Positions 49,490 through 63,796 are shown, counted from the first letter of the whole stretch. The stretch is DNA of 63,827 nt, filler included, from Octopus bimaculoides (GCF_001194135.2; 6 parts of 6 records of this genome joined end to end with filler, not necessarily neighbours in it), one strand, 5' to 3'. Translations and numbers: made by a program. The notes: generated by a model from the sequence alone, not told the origin.

Positions 49490-49772
49490 ACTAGTCTTTC
49501 AGATGTTGTTATATACCGCTGGTTACAGTGCTCTTTGGCATCGTTTTAGCATTCGAATAATGCTACCCCGCTGACTAGGCGAGCAGGCCAACACTCTTCC
49601 TGATCGGAGGGCTAGTCGGCTGCAGGATTACCCATTTGCAGTTAAGCGAACTGGTGCAACGTGAAATGAAGTGTTTTGCTCAAAAACCCAACCTACCACC
49701 CGATCCGGGAATCGAACCCACAATCTAGCAATCGTGAATGCAAGACCATAACCATTAGGTCATGCACCTTCA
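49490..49772 (-). mobile_element. tRNA-derived CORE-like SINE
   Basis: Minus strand head with GGGTTCGATTCCC B box, then TTGAGCAAAACACTTCATTTCACGTTGC and a tail shared with 52590-52680. Confidence 0.7.
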
Positions 49773-49807
49773 CACACTCCCCCTCCCCACACACACACAC
49801 ATACATA

Positions 49808-49849
<42 letters not shown>

Positions 49850-49944
49850 NNNNNNNNNNNNNNNNNNNNNNNNNNNNNNNNNNNNNNNNNNNNNNNNNNN
49901 NNNNNNNNNNNNNNNNNNNNNNNNNNNNNNNNNNNNNNNNNNNN

Positions 49945-50002
<58 letters not shown>

Positions 50003-50189
50003 CGCAGGCGTGACTGTGTGGTAAGGAGTTTACTCATTTAGCCTTTTGCACACCCATGCCAACAAGAAAAGTGCAGAAAGAGTTAAGACGTTTTCCTTGA
50101 ACTCATCTGATTTCCCCTCTGTGGGACAATCAGATGTCTTTTAAGGAAGGAAGGAACCAACTATTCATTCTGCTTCTTCCTGATAGATT

Positions 50190-50467
50190 TGCTGTCAGTA
50201 GTGAAATGGTGTGTGCTGTTCGATTTCGACACTTCTTTCCTCAAATTCCTACACCAGACACTTACAAAGCAACAGTGTGGCATTTAATGGTCCACAGTTA
50301 TACAACTACCTCCCAAAAGAATTACAAAATGTAACCTAGGATTCTTTTGAGACGTTTAATAAGGTAGATTTATGACTCTCTGAGATAGCAGATAATCCAT
50401 CTGCAAGGGCTACCACTGAATTAGAGCAGCTTCCGCCAAGTCGTTGCTCCGCCAAATAGAGGTATAG
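50190..50467 (+). pseudogene. C-terminal fragment of a non-LTR retrotransposon RT ORF
   Basis: Translation AFNGPQLYNYLPKELQNVT, then after a frameshift GYH*IRAASAKSLLRQ. Resembles the GPxLxNxLP...GY..RAA.S.SL end of LINE ORF2 proteins; clade not resolved. Confidence 0.6.
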
Positions 50468-52165
50468 AAAAGGCCAGAATAAACTTTAGATGCTCCATCA
50501 TGGTTTTGATCAGATGGCTAACACTGACCCTATCTCTCTTAGAAGAAGCCTGTCGCGAAGAACTATGTATATTATCTCTTATTATCCTACTTCCCTCATC
50601 ACTCTTAGGTTTTCTATCACCCTTAACATCTCTCGCTAAATTGGCAGAATTAATAGCTATCTCCTCACTTCACCGTAACAACTGTTTGTCTTCTCCCTCC
50701 TATACCATATCCTTAGAAACCTCTCGTCCTTACCTATATAAACACATTGCACATTTCATCTCTATATCTTCCTTTAGTTTTAGCCCTTTCATAAATCTGC
50801 CTCTCTTTATCTATGTTCATTTCTTCATGGAGATTATATCCATTATCCAATCCGAAGATGGAATAATAAGTTATCACAAAAGTCGATGTATGCAACAGGC
50901 AGAGAACTGCACCAGTTACGCAGCCATTCTAGAAACAGCTGTAAAGGACTATCTGCACATTTTTTCTATCATATCCGAGGTTTTTACCTGTAGCACCATT
51001 CATCTACCTATGAAACTATGTCGTATCAACACTATGGACTTCCTTTCTGCTTTATCCCGCAGTTTACATAGCAACTATTAAGAACTTTCCCCAAACGGAA
51101 CTTTTACTGACCTCCATCTATAAATACTCCTGTATGTATTTGATTTTCTCGATATGTTGTATTCATATAAATATGTCATAATCTGACTTGACACCCGTTA
51201 TCTACCTTTTTATGCCTTTGCTCTGTTATGCATATAGCCTATAGTCAATCTTCATTTACATACCTATCACATCCTTACATTTAAAGCTGGAGTTTAAACA
51301 CACATTCGATCTGAACTTTAATTGCATGTACCTATTATCTTATGTCATTTAAGGAATAATACGATATATAACTTGAGCAATTAAATATAACTATTTATTG
51401 TATGATGAAAAAATTCTCTAAACTTACAATAGTCAACAATAAATAATCCGGTTCGAAAGTATTCAGTGAGTGCTGTTAATACTGAGCCAATATATCGAAT
51501 AAGTTCAAAACTGAAGGTGACTCGAATTTCTGGATTTTCCGGTTCGGCGGAACCAAGACATAATATATACTAAATATAGTAATTCTGAAATTAAAATGAT
51601 CATATGGTTGTTTTTAAAGTATATAAACAAAAACAAACACGAACATAAAAATATAGACACAAGTAAACACATATAAACTGTAAATAAAGATGCTAACCAT
51701 TTCGTGAATGTCGCCATAGAGACGACCTTAATTTGTCTTCGATCTATTTAATGGAGTTGTAACTTCTGTAAGGAACTACAATACTTAAATTATAAAATAA
51801 CAGACATAAGATAATATAATTCTAAAGCAGGCTTGTTTGATTTCTATTGATCCACTTAAAATTCTCATAAATAACACTACCTTCTTGAACATATTTTTTC
51901 AGCTTTCCACTAACAATGTGACTTTCTGTTGGCCTGTTAGACATGGTGTTAAATGGAAATTATGATTAACTGTAATAAATGTAGAGAGAGGCGAGTGCAC
52001 ACAACAGCTGCCATACTGAAATGGATGTGCAGCATGTAGGCCACGTAAAAGTCTAGTACTTATTTTATCAAGCTTTCTTTATCGAATGGCTAGCTTAATC
52101 TTTTTATGCAAAGGATGCAGCTCGATGCACCATTGAAACAGATATGCATACACAAAGGCAAGCAG

Positions 52166-52219
<54 letters not shown>

Positions 52220-53012
52220 NNNNNNNNNNNNNNNNNNNNNNNNNNNNNNNNNNNNNNNNNNNNTTAATTAATTAANNNNNNNNNNNNNNNNNNNNNNNNN
52301 NNNNNNNNNNNNNNNNNNNATATATATATATATATACACACATACACACACAAGCTCAGACAATTTTTCATACATTGCTAGAGATGTTTCTAAATTAGTA
52401 CGCATGCTTGTTTTGGGATCATGTTTATATTCACCAATATTTTTTATATTTGTTAAAAATACGTTTATATTGGTATATTTCTGGAGGAGGTGTGAAGACG
52501 TGGTTAGACTGTTGCACTTACCATCGATAGACCGTAGGTTCGATTTCACTTCACGTTACAGCAGTCCGTTTTTTCGATCAGGGTTAGGGAATGTTGGCAT
52601 GTTCGTCTAGCCAGAGTGGCGGCGTCATTCAAAGGTTAACACGATGCAAAGCGTATTGTGTAACAATATCTGATACTATGTGTGCAACATTCCCGTATTT
52701 ACTTACCTCTACTCTCTCCATCACCCTTTTCCTCCTCCTTTCTGCACGCCCTTTCCTAAAACTTCTGTTTCACGTTAGCAGCCCGCGTTATTCTGCGTTC
52801 ATTGTCAGTTGCAGCCAGTTTCTCAAGCCGAGAGGATGTAAACTCTATTTGACATTCTTCTCTTTTTCTTCTCATTTTTCAACTCTATCACAAAGGATTG
52901 AGTCAGAAACGTTGGATATTCCACTCCTCACGGCAAGTTCATTGTACACGTTTCACTTTTTTCTATATTTTTTCAAATCTTGCCGATGCAGAGCTACTAG
53001 ATCATTGCCTGG

Positions 53013-53056
<44 letters not shown>

Positions 53057-53519
53057 NNNNNNNNNNNNNNNNNNNNNNNNNNNNNNNNNNNNNNNNNNNN
53101 NNNNNNNNNNNNNNNNNNNNNNNNNNNNNNNNNNNNNNNNNNNNNNNNNNNNNNNNNNNNNNNNNNNNNNNNNNNNNNNNNNNNNNNNNNNNNNNNNNNN
53201 NNNNNNNNNNNNNNNNNNNNNNNNNNNNNNNNNNNNNNNNNNNNNNNNNNNNNNNNNNNNNNNNNNNNNNNNNNNNNNNNNNNNNNNNNNNNNNNNNNNN
53301 NNNNNNNNNNNNNNNNNNNNNNNNNNNNNNNNNNNNNNNNNNNNNNNNNNNNNNNNNNNNNNNNNNNNNNNNNNNNNNNNNNNNNNNNNNNNNNNNNNNN
53401 NNNNNNNNNNNNNNNNNNNNNNNNNNNNNNNNNNNNNNNNNNNNNNNNNNNNNNNNNNNNNNNNNNNNNNNNNNNNNNNNNNNNNNNNNNNNNNNNNNNN
53501 NNNNNNNNNNNNNNNNNNN

Positions 53520-53627
<108 letters not shown>

Positions 53628-53740
53628 TTACTTGGAAATGGATGCGTGGCATTCAATCATATAATAATATAAATGAAATATATATATTAATAGTAATGGT
53701 ATGACAACAAAAGAATTAATGATATTATATAAATAGAGGA

Positions 53741-53935
53741 ATGTATCTGTAATGTAATATGTGACAATTACTCAGTTGCCATAAAAAACTCCGAGTTTCG
53801 GGGCGGAAATCTGCTCCGGCATTTCGTCAGTTATTAGTTAACTGACGAGATGCCGCAGCAGATTTCCGCCCCGAATCCGAAACTTGGAGTTTTATTATGG
53901 CAACCGAATAACTGTCACATATTATATTACGGATA
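53741..53935. repeat. Fold-back palindrome (arms about 90 bp, 5-nt loop) in a TA-rich context; MITE-like
   Basis: Left arm ...GTTGCCATAAAAAACTCCGAGTTTCGGGGCGGAAATCTGCTCCGGCATTTCGTCAGTTA, loop TTAGT, right arm TAACTGACGAGATGCCGCAGCAGATTTCCGCCCCG...AAACTTGGAGTTTTATTATGGCAAC. Confidence 0.9.
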
Positions 53936-55021
53936 TATATATATATATATTTAGATTCAAATTGAATAAGTGTGTGTGTGTGTGTGTGTGTATGTGTGTG
54001 TGTGCAATGGGTTAATATCTGTTTCTCTTGTACTTAATGGATTCGAGATTTTGGTGACGTTTCTTTCTAATGCGCCATTGGCTAGAATATTAACCAAACT
54101 GCAACTCATTCGCTCCACTAGTCTCTCTTTCTTTCCATCTTGCTCTCCCTCTCTCCCTCTCTCCCTCTATCTATCAAACTTTCTCTCTCTCCCCCTCTCC
54201 TTTTCTTTCACTACATCTCTTTTTTTATTTCTCTCTTTCCTTTTCTAAGTCGCTTGCCTTTTTCCTTTTCGCTTTTTTTCCGTGTTCTTTTGTCGTCTAC
54301 AGACATCACACCTCATTTCTACCTGCACCGACACACGCACGTACACACACACGCACAAACGCACACGCATACAAGCACGCACACGTACACACATACAAGC
54401 ACACACATACGCACATAAAAACACATACATGTACACACACAGTCTCACTATTTCTCATTTATTTTCTTCTTATGTGTTTTCTCTCATTCCACTTTTTCTT
54501 TACTTCTCTCGCTCAATTTTCTTCTATTACTTCATTCCTGCTTTCTCTCTTTCCTATTGGTTGTTCACAAATTAAAATTCCCATTTACCATATATTTCTC
54601 GCAGCTATTTCTAGAATTCAAGAATTGATGTAGTTCTATGCTATTGAAGAACGATTTCAATTGAAAGTAAAGTCGTTCGGCGCAATACATATTGATGGTG
54701 GGACATCAATAAGAATATAGTCCAGTTAGGAAACAAGAGGTTTCGATGGGATTTCAAACGTTGCTGATTACATGAAGAGACTCGTTATGGAGCTGACAAA
54801 CAGTCGAGAGTTGGGCAGTTCGTATCCTGTCCTCGGTTCTGTAATGAATGCTGACTAAGACACATTACTTTTTAATAACTACCTTCAGTTATCTTTCATA
54901 GATTCCCAAAGAAAAGGAGAGAGAGAGAATGCTCCATAATAAGTCATAAATGTAGAGTAAATTGACGAATATATCATTGTTTGACAAGTCTGGCTTCTTC
55001 TCTATACGAACTATGCAAAGT

Positions 55022-55340
55022 GTGAAGACCCATGGCTTAGTGGTTAGGGCGTTTGGCTCACGAGCGAAAGGTCGTGAGTTCAGGCGATGCGTTGTGTCCT
55101 TGAGCAAGACACTTTATTTCACGTTGCTCCAGTCCACGCAGCTAGCAAAAATGAGTAGTACCTGTATTTCGAAGGGTCAGCCTTGTCTCACTCTGCGTCA
55201 CGCTGAATCTCCCTCAGCACTACTTTAAGGGTACATGTGTCTGTGGAGTACTCAGCCACTTGCACGTTAATTTCATGAGCATGCTATTCCGTTGATCGTA
55301 TCAGCTGAGACCTTTGTCGTCGTAACCTACGGAGTGCTCC
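55022..55340 (+). mobile_element. tRNA-derived CORE-like SINE
   Basis: A box TGGCTTAGTGG, partly deleted B box, GTTGTGTCCTTGAGCAAGACACTTT resembling the CORE domain. Confidence 0.7.
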
Positions 55341-55349
55341 AGAGATAGA

Positions 55350-55650
55350 ATTTTTTTTTTATTTATGCGCCCTTTCAAAGCCAAGCCAGACTCATGGGCC
55401 CGGTTTGCCCCCAGCTGATAGGGAAACCAGTCCATCGCAGCGTTACTTAAGAAACAGGAAGAAAGAGTGAGAGAAAGTTGGGGCGAAAGAGTACAACAGG
55501 GGTCCCCAGCCCTACCCCTGCCGGAGCCTCGTGGAACTAAGGTTTTTACGCTCAAATAAACACTCACAACGGCCGGTCTGGGAATCGAAACTGCAATCCT
55601 CCGACCGCGAGTCCGGTTCCCTAACCTCTGGGCCACTGCACCTCCACCCA
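55350..55650 (-). mobile_element. tRNA-derived SINE with poly(A) tail, possibly tRNA-Arg-related
   Basis: Minus strand GGTGCAGTGGCCCAGAGGTTAGGG...GGACTCGCGGTC...GTTTCGATTCCC, ending in AATAAAAAAAAAA. Confidence 0.7.
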
Positions 55651-56137
55651 GGGATACAAAGTGTAAGAAAAGTAGAGCTTCATATTGGGTGAGTATAGGT
55701 GGTGGCATGCAATATTTATGTCCACATGAGTATATACCAAGAGTGAGCAGTGAGTTACCGCTTTCTCTATGTACATCATTTTCTATTTGCATGTTTTTCA
55801 ACATACTGTCTTCCTGCTTGCTTGTTTCTTGTTGCTATTGCCTGTAGGACAACTAGCATGGCAGGATCTATGTAAACTTACAATCTGTAAACTGTTCAAT
55901 TCTGGTGATGGGCCTTCGGGCCTAGAATATATAAAAGTTTCTTAACTTTCACTTTCCGCATTATTAGAAACTCTTTTTCTTCATTATTTGTTATTTTACT
56001 TCTGCTTTTGTATCGCAGTACTTCAAGCAAACTACATTGCTCGTTTTTCATATACATGTGTGTGTATGCGTGCATGTGTCTGTGTGCGCGTGTGTTTGTC
56101 AGTGTCTGTGTGTATAGTTAGATGGAGAGAGAGGGGG

Positions 56138-56171
<34 letters not shown>

Positions 56172-56230
56172 GAGGGAGGGAGAGAGAGATAAATAGATAG
56201 ATAGTTAGAGAGAGAGAGGGATAGATAGAT

Positions 56231-56277
<47 letters not shown>

Positions 56278-56394
56278 TAGACATGCATACATGTGTGTTC
56301 ATGAGTGTGGTATGTGAGTGTGTTTGTGTTTGTATGAGTGTGTATACGCTTGTGTGTGGAGCTTCCATTCTTATTTCTCTAAATAACATTAAAT

Positions 56395-57545
56395 TCTTCA
56401 CTAAAGTGCCAAGTGTTTGGTTCTTTTTTATCTTTTTAACTTTTTTCGAAGAATTCCATGTCATCCATAAGCAATAGATGATCGATGATTTCTTTACCAT
56501 TCCTTAATCTCGCTTTATCCAGTCTTCAAATATGAGTCATATGAATTAGTCTGATTACAATTTCTTTTCGCCAACTCCAACATTTATTTGTTTTCCTGGC
56601 AGTAGATTTTTGGTCTTTATTTTGTATTTCGTCATAAGAACTATTGCTCCTTAAGTTAACTAGGCAATGACAGAATTAGATTCAAGGCTTTTGTCAAACA
56701 TTACAGCCATTGTTTTCATCATACCTTCTGCTCCGTCTGGATCTGATGCTTTCCAATTGGAGAAATTTTTCTGTTGGTGTTTGGAAAACATTTATTGCGT
56801 TCAGGTTGTTTTATTTAACAACTTTCTTATTTACATCTCTTTCCACACCCAAAACTCAATTTACTTTTTGGTTCTGCTTCTTAACGTTCTCTCACATAGC
56901 TTGCCAGCATTCTTCTGTTTTTGTGGTGTTTTTTGTTTTTGTTTTGTTTTGTTTCTCTTTCTAGCGGCTGGAATATCGTCGAGTTGACGACCTATTCCTT
57001 CCAGTTCGTCAAATTACTTTGAGTGAGATGGCTAATTTGAAAGAGTTCTAACGAAATTGTCCTCTTCTACTCCTTACTTTTTGGTTGAAACACTTTTGGC
57101 AGCTACCATTCCTCTCAGTTCTGTTACTTCCCCCAACACTACTTTCTTTCATCGTTTACATCATTATTTGATGTATTTGGAGGATCCCACTTTTAAATAA
57201 ATCATTGCATAATGACTCCAGTTCACCAATCAATTTCGAAGCAATTTGATTTGATGTCTTCCTTAAAAACTCAGTTTTCTCCATGTTTGACCTCTCCTTT
57301 ACCCTATGACGTACCTTATACTTCTTGCTCAGTGAAATTCATTACAAATTTCTTCTTTCAATATCGCCAACAATCTTGTGAATTTTTAAAACATTTCCTT
57401 TTAGTCTTTCTGTCTCTGGTAATAAACCTGGGATTCACAGGTTTGTCTAGTTCGAATAGGCTGACTCATCTACCTTCATATTCAGAATATATACTTCAGC
57501 ATTTTCTAATCCAATCCTTCCTCAATCAATTTGATTTCCTGTTGT
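56395..57545 (-). pseudogene. Decayed R4/Dong-like non-LTR retrotransposon RT fragment
   Basis: Minus strand translations SNWKASDPDGAEG (56747-56758 encodes NWKA) and IIDHLLLMDDMEFFEKS (MDD at 56460-56468). These resemble NWKAPGPDG and HLL(F/Y)MDDLKL motifs. The spacing implies an internal deletion. Confidence 0.65.
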
Positions 57546-57632
57546 AATCTAGAGTACTGTCAGATATATATGAATGCGTGCGTATAATAATCCAAAGATA
57601 TGTTTATCTATCTATACATCTATGAACCTACC

Positions 57633-57672
<40 letters not shown>

Positions 57673-58928
57673 NNNNNNNNNNNNNNNNNNNNNNNNNNNN
57701 NNNNNNNNNNNNNNNNTTAATTAATTAANNNNNNNNNNNNNNNNNNNNNNNNNNNNNNNNNNNNNNNNNNNNTATATATATATATATATATATATCAACA
57801 TCTATGTATATCAGTGTGTATATAGAGCCCCCAGAGTAGCAGCCTCTGTGCCATATGGTAAAAGCATCACTCATGTACATAACCCCAATATTTTACTGGT
57901 ATTATATTTTGTTAGCCTGAGGAAGGATGACGGACAAATTTAGTTCTGCCTGGGACTTGAACTCATTCTTAATTACATTGTATTGTGGTGCCTTTCACAG
58001 GGACAGACATAGTTATGTGGTAAGAAGCTTGCTTCCCAACCATATGGTTGTAGGTTCAGTTCGACAGTATGGCACCTTAGGTGGGTGTCTTCTACTAAAC
58101 AGTGGATTTTGTTGATGGAAACTGAATGTATGTGTGTGTATATATACACACACATATATACATACATACATATATACATATANNNNNNNNNNNNNNNNNN
58201 NNNNNNNNNNNNNNNNNNNNNNNNNNNNNNNNNNNNNNNNNNNNNNNNNNNNNNNNNNNNNNNNNNNNNNNNNNNNNNNNNNNNNNNNNNNNNNNNNNNN
58301 NNNNNNNNNNNNNNNNNNNNNNNNNNNNNNNNNNNNNNNNNNNNNNNNNNNNNNNNNNNNNNNNNNNNNNNNNNNNNNNNNNNNNNNNNNNNNNNNNNNN
58401 NNNNNNNNNNNNNNNNNNNNNNNNNNNNNNNNNNNNNNNNNNNNNNNNNNNNNNNNNNNNNNNNNNNNNNNNNNNNNNNNNNNNNNNNNNNNNNNNNNNN
58501 NNNNNNNNNNNNNNNNNNNNNNNNNNNNNNNNNNNNNNNNNNNNNNNNNNNNNNNNNNNNNNNNNNNNNNNNNNNNNNNNNNNNNNNNNNNNNNNNNNNN
58601 NNNNNNNNNNNNNNNNNNNNNNNNNNNNNNNNNNNNNNNNNNNNNNNNNNNNNNNNNNNNNNNNNNNNNNNNNNNNNNNNNNNNNNNNNNNNNNNNNNNN
58701 NNNNNNNNNNNNNNNNNNNNNNNNNNNNNNNNNNNNNNNNNNNNNNNNNNNNNNNNNNNNNNNNNNNNNNNNNNNNNNNNNNNNNNNNNNNNNNNNNNNN
58801 NNNNNNNNNNNNNNNNNNNNNNNNNNNNNNNNNNNNNNNNNNNNNNNNNNNNNNNNNNNNNNNNNNNNNNNNNNNNNNNNNNNNNNNNNNNNNNNNNNNN
58901 NNNNNNNNNNNNNNNNNNNNNNNNNNNN

Positions 58929-58975
<47 letters not shown>

Positions 58976-60876
58976 TACACACATACGGCTTTTGGTCTAG
59001 CTTGCCTGGAGGAAGTAATACAATTTCACACCATTTAACAACGCACATACGTTAAATTTGTCATATTGGTAATGTTTTCAATATTTAAGCTGCATCAAAC
59101 ACAAATTTCAATATATATGTATGCATGTGTGTGTGTGTGCATGTGTGTGTGTGTGCGTGTGTGCGTGTGTGTGTGTGTGTTGGCACCAACAAGATTACCA
59201 TCTATGCAGAGTATTGATATATAGAATATGTATATGGAATATATATACAAATATATGAACAATATGTTTTATAAATATACCTTGGTTCTACTTAAGAAAT
59301 GAAATTGGAAATAAACATTATGTGTGGTTGCATGTGCATGTGTGTGAGTGTATGTGTGTGAGTGCATGTGTGTGAGTGTATGTGTGCGGGAGGGATAGCT
59401 ATTTGTGTAAGTGATTTTGTGTGCCAAAACGTCTCAAACAGATTGTTTGTACACCATTGTTGTTTTCCCACTCTGTTGATCAAAAGTGGTACCAATCATT
59501 GATCAAAGTACGCTAGCATGATGTTTAATCTTCCTAAATATGGCTTCCATGTGTTTTGGGAGTATTGTGGAAGTGCTCAATGTGACTTCAAATGTTATTA
59601 AATCTTCCCTAATCTTTTCTACATATGTGTGTGTGGGGGTGAAGGATATGTTTTTGCTTTTAAATATCGTAGCTGGTTGTATCCAGTGTTTTCTGGTGCT
59701 CCTGGGAAAAAGGGGAAGGCTCTGGATTATGGTAGATATTACTGTAAATCTGTTAGTTTTAAAATCAGCTTTTTATGTGATTGGTAGCTGTGTTTAGAGA
59801 ACAGTCTTTCATCGTTAGTTTAGATGATGTACAGTAGGGACAATGAGAAGAAGAGAGGCTGTTGCTGTGGTTTAGCCTTGGTTTAGTCTTCATTCAAAGG
59901 ATACACCATAGGGATGGTGGGAGGAAGACAAGTTTTTTTATTTGTTTTTTTTTTTAGCAATTTTGTCCCAAACAAGGTTTAAGGACCTTGTAGCTTAAGG
60001 AACTACAAAGAAGGAAAAGAAAGGGCCTAGAAATCCAAAAGATGTTTATTGACAAAAAGTTTAAAGGATTGAATATCAGAGACCAAAGGAAAACAAGAGA
60101 TTGAGAAAAGAAGCTTCTAGAATAAAGGGATTTATGGCTAATGGGAAGATCAACAGGGAAACTCACGTAAAAGGGGGCACATAAAAAGGTGTTGACAGAG
60201 GGTACGGGGCCAGAAGGTACATCAGAACAATAACCATGGAAATAGTTTTAATCCACTCACAAGGCTTTGGTGAGGCTGAGGCTATAGCAGAAAACACTTG
60301 CTCGAGGTACCCTGCAATGGGACTGAACTTGGAACCATATGGCTGGGAACACACAGAGATGTATATACATACATACATATATATACACACACACACACAC
60401 ATGTTTGTGTTTGTGCGTGTGTGCTTGTGTATCTATAGACACACACGCTCACTCACACACACACATACACACACGCACACAGAACAGCATGGTGTGATGT
60501 GAGGAAAATTTGGCTGTGATTTCTGGCAGACTGAGCAACCACATAGAGATTCCTGTATCACGTCTCTAACTGGCAAAACATTGAATGTATGGATGGGCAT
60601 GTATGGAACATTTTTGATTCTAAGTTTATTCCAAGGCTGACCTCTGGCTAAACAAAAACAACAACAAATTCATAAACAACATACAAAGCTGCCCGAATTC
60701 CTGTTCGAGAGATTATCAATCTAAAACGAGATAATCCGCATGAATTAATCTTGTTGTTTGTTACTGGCAGCCAATAATTTTTAATGAAACTGTACTTTTG
60801 GCAGTGTTTATGTAGTTGTTGTTGTTTAACCCTAGGTCAGTCCTGATCCAGTTGACCTATGATCAGAAATGTTCCA

Positions 60877-61277
60877 GCGTAGCAGTGGCTGTGTGGTAAG
60901 TAGCTTGCTCACCAACCATATGGTTCCGGGTTCAGTCCCACTGTGTGGCACCTTGTGCAAGTGTCTTCTACTATAGCCTCAGGCCAACCAAAGCCTTGTG
61001 AGTGGATTTGGTAGACGGAAACTGAAAGAAGCCCATCGTATATATGTATATATATGTTTGTGTGTATGTTTGTGTGTCTGTGTTTGTCCCCCTAACATTG
61101 CTTGGCAACCAATGCTGGTGTGTTTGCGTCCCTGTAACTTAGTGGTTCAGCAAAAGAGACCAATAGATAAGTACTAAGCTTACAAAGAATAAGTCATGGG
61201 GTCGATTTGCTCGACTAAAGGCGGTGCTCCAGCATGGCCACAGTCAAATGAGTGAAACAAGTAAAAGAGTAAAAGAG
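60877..61277 (+). mobile_element. SINE family A, full length, interrupting an older repeat
   Basis: Complete head to GTAAAAGAGTAAAAGAG tail. Flanks ATGTTCCA and ATGTTACCA are TSD-like. Confidence 0.9.
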
Positions 61278-62136
61278 ATGTTACCATCCCATCTTTTATT
61301 CAGACATAGTGTATCTAGGACTACATTATCTAAAATGTCCTTTCTTCCTTGTTGTTGTTTAGTCCGAATCAGTCCATAACTTCAGCAGGGATTGAACTCA
61401 GGAAATAGAAATCCAAAACAATATACAACAATAAAACATTATTACAAGGGCAAAGAATGGTGTAGGGGGGGGGAGGGAGAATGTTACAAAAGCGATTTCA
61501 AAAGCAGTGGGAGGTGAAGTGGAGGCCTTCTTCTCCAACATATGCCACCGGGTTTGTCCATAAATATATTTGTAATCACAAGATCACATACCATTCCTAA
61601 AAGACCCATTGTGTTTTGGTATTTAAAGTTCCTGTGACATCTTCCCCCNNNNNNNNNNNNNNNNNNNNNNNNNNNNNNNNNNNNNNNNNNNNTTAATTAA
61701 TTAANNNNNNNNNNNNNNNNNNNNNNNNNNNNNNNNNNNNNNNNNNNNTATATATATATATATATATATATATATGCATATATCCATACGTATATGTACA
61801 TACCTACATCTATATGTATGCGTACATGCATATATGGGTATAGTACATCACAAAAAACGTTAAACAGAATGAGAAACGAAAACATAAATACGAAGACAGA
61901 AAACGAACCCTCTCTTGAACAACGAAAGAAAGAAAGAAACAAACAAACAAACAAACAAAGAAATAGATGAAGGAAGGAAGGAAGGAAGGAAGGAAAGAAG
62001 AGAGAAAGAAACAAAGAAAGAAAACAATAGAGAGAAGATAAGGATAGATGACGTATATGACGAGACTGTTGAGAAAGACAATCAAATAGAAAAATGGACG
62101 ATGGGAGAGCAGAGAAAATTTCACATACACACACAC

Positions 62137-62181
<45 letters not shown>

Positions 62182-63228
62182 TGGTGGCATAAGTAATTAT
62201 CTATAAGAATTAAATTTGAAAATACGCACACTAATTCATGCATACAAAATACACACACATATATATTCAGACTTGTACATTCATACATCGAAAATATGAA
62301 ACATCGAAAGTAAACAGAAATATCTCATGTCAGAAAAATTTTAAGTTTTTCATTTACGTATATCTCTCATTGAAATGAATTATATTCTTACACACTTCTT
62401 TTCTGTCTTGTTAAATTACTCCCTTATATTTATTGTTTACATNNNNNNNNNNNNNNNNNNNNNNNNNNNNNNNNNNNNNNNNNNNNNNNNNNNNNNNNNN
62501 NNNNNNNNNNNNNNNNNNNNNNNNNNNNNNNNNNNNNNNNNNNNNNNNNNNNNNNNNNNNNNNNNNNNNNNNNNNNNNNNNNNNNNNNNNNNNNNNNNNN
62601 NNNNNNNNNNNNNNNNNNNNNNNNNNNNNNNNNNNNNNNNNNNNNNNNNNNNNNNNNNNNNNNNNNNNNNNNNNNNNNNNNNNNNNNNNNNNNNNNNNNN
62701 NNNNNNNNNNNNNNNNNNNNNNNNNNNNNNNNNNNNNNNNNNNNNNNNNNNNNNNNNNNNNNNNNNNNNNNNNNNNNNNNNNNNNNNNNNNNNNNNNNNN
62801 NNNNNNNNNNNNNNNNNNNNNNNNNNNNNNNNNNNNNNNNNNNNNNNNNNNNNNNNNNNNNNNNNNNNNNNNNNNNNNNNNNNNNNNNNNNNNNNNNNNN
62901 NNNNNNNNNNNNNNNNNNNNNNNNNNNNNNNNNNNNNNNNNNNNNNNNNNNNNNNNNNNNNNNNNNNNNNNNNNNNNNNNNNNNNNNNNNNNNNNNNNNN
63001 NNNNNNNNNNNNNNNNNNNNNNNNNNNNNNNNNNNNNNNNNNNNNNNNNNNNNNNNNNNNNNNNNNNNNNNNNNNNNNNNNNNNNNNNNNNNNNNNNNNN
63101 NNNNNNNNNNNNNNNNNNNNNNNNNNNNNNNNNNNNNNNNNNNNNNNNNNNNNNNNNNNNNNNNNNNNNNNNNNNNNNNNNNNNNNNNNNNNNNNNNNNN
63201 NNNNNNNNNNNNNNNNNNNNNNNNNNNA

Positions 63229-63290
63229 GGAGGAGGAGGAGGAGATGATGATGGTGATGGTGATGGTGATGGTGATGGTGATGGTGATGG

Positions 63291-63332
<42 letters not shown>

Positions 63333-63500
63333 AGGAGGAGAAGATAATCGAAGATTATACTACAGATTATGTTACGATGACAATGCTGCTGCTACTGCTG
63401 CTACTACCGATGATGATGACGACGATGATGATGATGGTGGTGGTGGTGGTGATGGTGGTGGTGGTGGTGATGTCGATATCGATGATGATGATGATGATGC
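63229..63500. repeat. (GAT)/(GGT) trinucleotide tract
   Basis: Direct inspection. Confidence 0.95.
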
Positions 63501-63796
63501 TGTGTGTACGAAAGCAAGCTAACGAAGGAAAAGACCATCAATCTTTCCAGAGTTGTCGCTTATGGCATTGATCAATCATAAGGAATATGAATAGAAGAGG
63601 CAAACAGGAAGAAACACCACCACCACCACCACCCCTCCACACACACACACGCGATATATACGTACATATATGCACGTACATTACATATCTATACATGCAT
63701 ATACACACATACATTTATACATATACATATATATATATATACATATACATATATATATATATACATATGTATATAAATACATATATATACACATAA

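Noticed and set aside
50500-51300. 193-aa ORF and surrounding sequence
   Set aside because: No recognisable motif on either strand by eye. Probably a repeat remnant, but I cannot support a call.
59500-60170. Possible second LINE ORF1 fragment
   Set aside because: Only faint similarity to the 1470-1709 frame and no diagnostic motif.
62375-63571. 398-aa ORF with poly-M/V/E
   Set aside because: An N gap plus a GAT/GGT trinucleotide repeat.
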